Positions 35,416 through 36,197 of a DNA stretch of 36,197 nt are shown here, piece after piece. Source of the stretch: Myxococcota bacterium (GTDB lineage: Bacteria > Myxococcota_A > Polyangia > HGW-17); contig JAHJLU010000009.1 in the NCBI GenBank assembly GCA_018821745.1, positions 1-36,197 on the forward strand. The letters are read 5' to 3'. Made by a program: the position numbers and the translations under genes. Positions within the stretch are counted from its first letter, which is position 1, and each line of letters opens with the position of its first letter. A model generated the notes under the pieces. The model made no database searches. It was not told where the DNA came from and saw nothing but the letters and a program-made list of their open reading frames with translations.

Positions 35416-36095
35416 TACTTGACTCCGGTCAGAAAATCGGACTGGATAATCTCCCTGGTGTGGAGAATATAGGTGAGCACCGTGTAGGTGGTGTAGGCGG
35501 CGTTGTGCACCACGCTGCCCTGATATTCTTCAAAGGTGGCGCCCGTCTCCGCGTCGACCATATCGAGCCTGTCTGTGAGAGCCAGGAGAACCGTGGGGGG
35601 ATCGGCAAGGATCCCGTAGAGGGTGTCCCAGTCATCCAGGGTAAAGGCCTCAGAGTCGGTGGTGTTGTTGTCGAGACCCTTGAAAAACTCTCCGGCCGTG
35701 GTGCCCGCGGGATGGAAGACGTGGACATACTCGAGGGAGGGGTCAAACACCAGGATAAACTTGATGGCAGCGCAGGCGCCATCGTGACATCCAACGCCCG
35801 TGTTCACCAGGCGGGTGTACCCGATGAGGGTATCCTGGGCATCGTAGATGAAATCCAGAGTGCCGGACCCGGGGAGTACATAGGGCGCCTCCTCGGTCAG
35901 ACGCACATCGGAGATGGTGAAGCTCTGTTTTTGCTCCGCCGAGGGCAGCGCGGTCCCCAGGTCAGCCTTTTCCGTGGTGGTGAGGCTCTGGATTGGATCC
36001 TTGGTGCTGCCTGAATCATCGCAACCTGCGGGGAACCATGCAAAAACACTGATCAGAAATGCGAGGGTTGTGGAACGACAAACGTGAGATATCAT
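35415..36095 (-). CDS. Lipoprotein with FMN-binding (FMN_bind/NqrC/RnfG-like) domain and flavinylation motif
   Basis: ATG at 36095 has GGAGG 6 nt upstream. The lipobox is WFPAGC. D-A-E-T-G-A-T (35555..35535) matches the ApbE flavinylation consensus D-[AG]-x-[ST]-[SG]-A-[ST]. The upstream segment GYTRLV...IKFILVFDPSLEYVHVFHPAGTTAGEF resembles the FMN_bind beta core. Confidence 0.7.
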   Translation of the reverse strand: MISHVCRSTTLAFLISVFAWFPAGCDDSGSTKDPIQSLTTTEKADLGTALPSAEQKQSFTISDVRLTEEAPYVLPGSGTLDFIYDAQDTLIGYTRLVNTGVGCHDGACAAIKFILVFDPSLEYVHVFHPAGTTAGEFFKGLDNNTTDSEAFTLDDWDTLYGILADPPTVLLALTDRLDMVDAETGATFEEYQGSVVHNAAYTTYTVLTYILHTREIIQSDFLTGVK

Positions 36096-36197
36096 TGGGG
36101 CCTCCGTCGTGGGGTAGTTGGACGCACACCCATTTTCTATAGCATCCATCGTTTGGTTTGGGAATCGGAATTCTTGATCAGGACTCAGGATTTTCCA

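Overview
This is a 36.2-kb chromosomal segment from a diderm bacterium. Gene content (sigma-54 activator, Hanks kinase with a TPR/PEGA partner, TSP3-repeat lipoprotein, many lipoproteins, strong G/C third-position bias) resembles Deltaproteobacteria-like lineages (Myxococcota, Desulfobacterota, Bdellovibrionota), but taxonomy cannot be proven from the window. Housekeeping anchors are secA, proC, ahcY, rpsA and rsmG. I found no rRNA, tRNA, CRISPR array, transposase, integrase or prophage genes. Three regions stand out. (1) 8423..17663, minus strand: a sacsin-type GHKL (Hsp90-like) ATPase ORF of 991 aa is followed, across a single in-frame TAG (TAGATG), by a 1,879-aa ORF. Both ORFs carry the same ~105-120-aa repeat, and the second ends in a transglutaminase-like Cys-His core. 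A secreted HCX5R phosphatase gene lies 16 nt downstream. This looks like an uncharacterised giant cytoplasmic ATPase/thiol-enzyme system, and it is my top candidate for the novel system. (2) 33532..36095, minus strand: an FMN-binding lipoprotein with a perfect flavinylation motif, a Tat-exported 4x[4Fe-4S] polyferredoxin and an outer-membrane beta-barrel. This may be a heme-free envelope electron-transfer module. (3) 4220..8385: a PAS/sigma-54 activator with a three-Cys cluster, a near-consensus -24/-12 promoter with tandem upstream repeats, a CoA-disulfide-reductase/rhodanese fusion and a NifX-like protein with a Cys/His tail. This may be a sulfane-sulfur-responsive module. All functional calls rest on motifs I could read in the translations; no database search was run.
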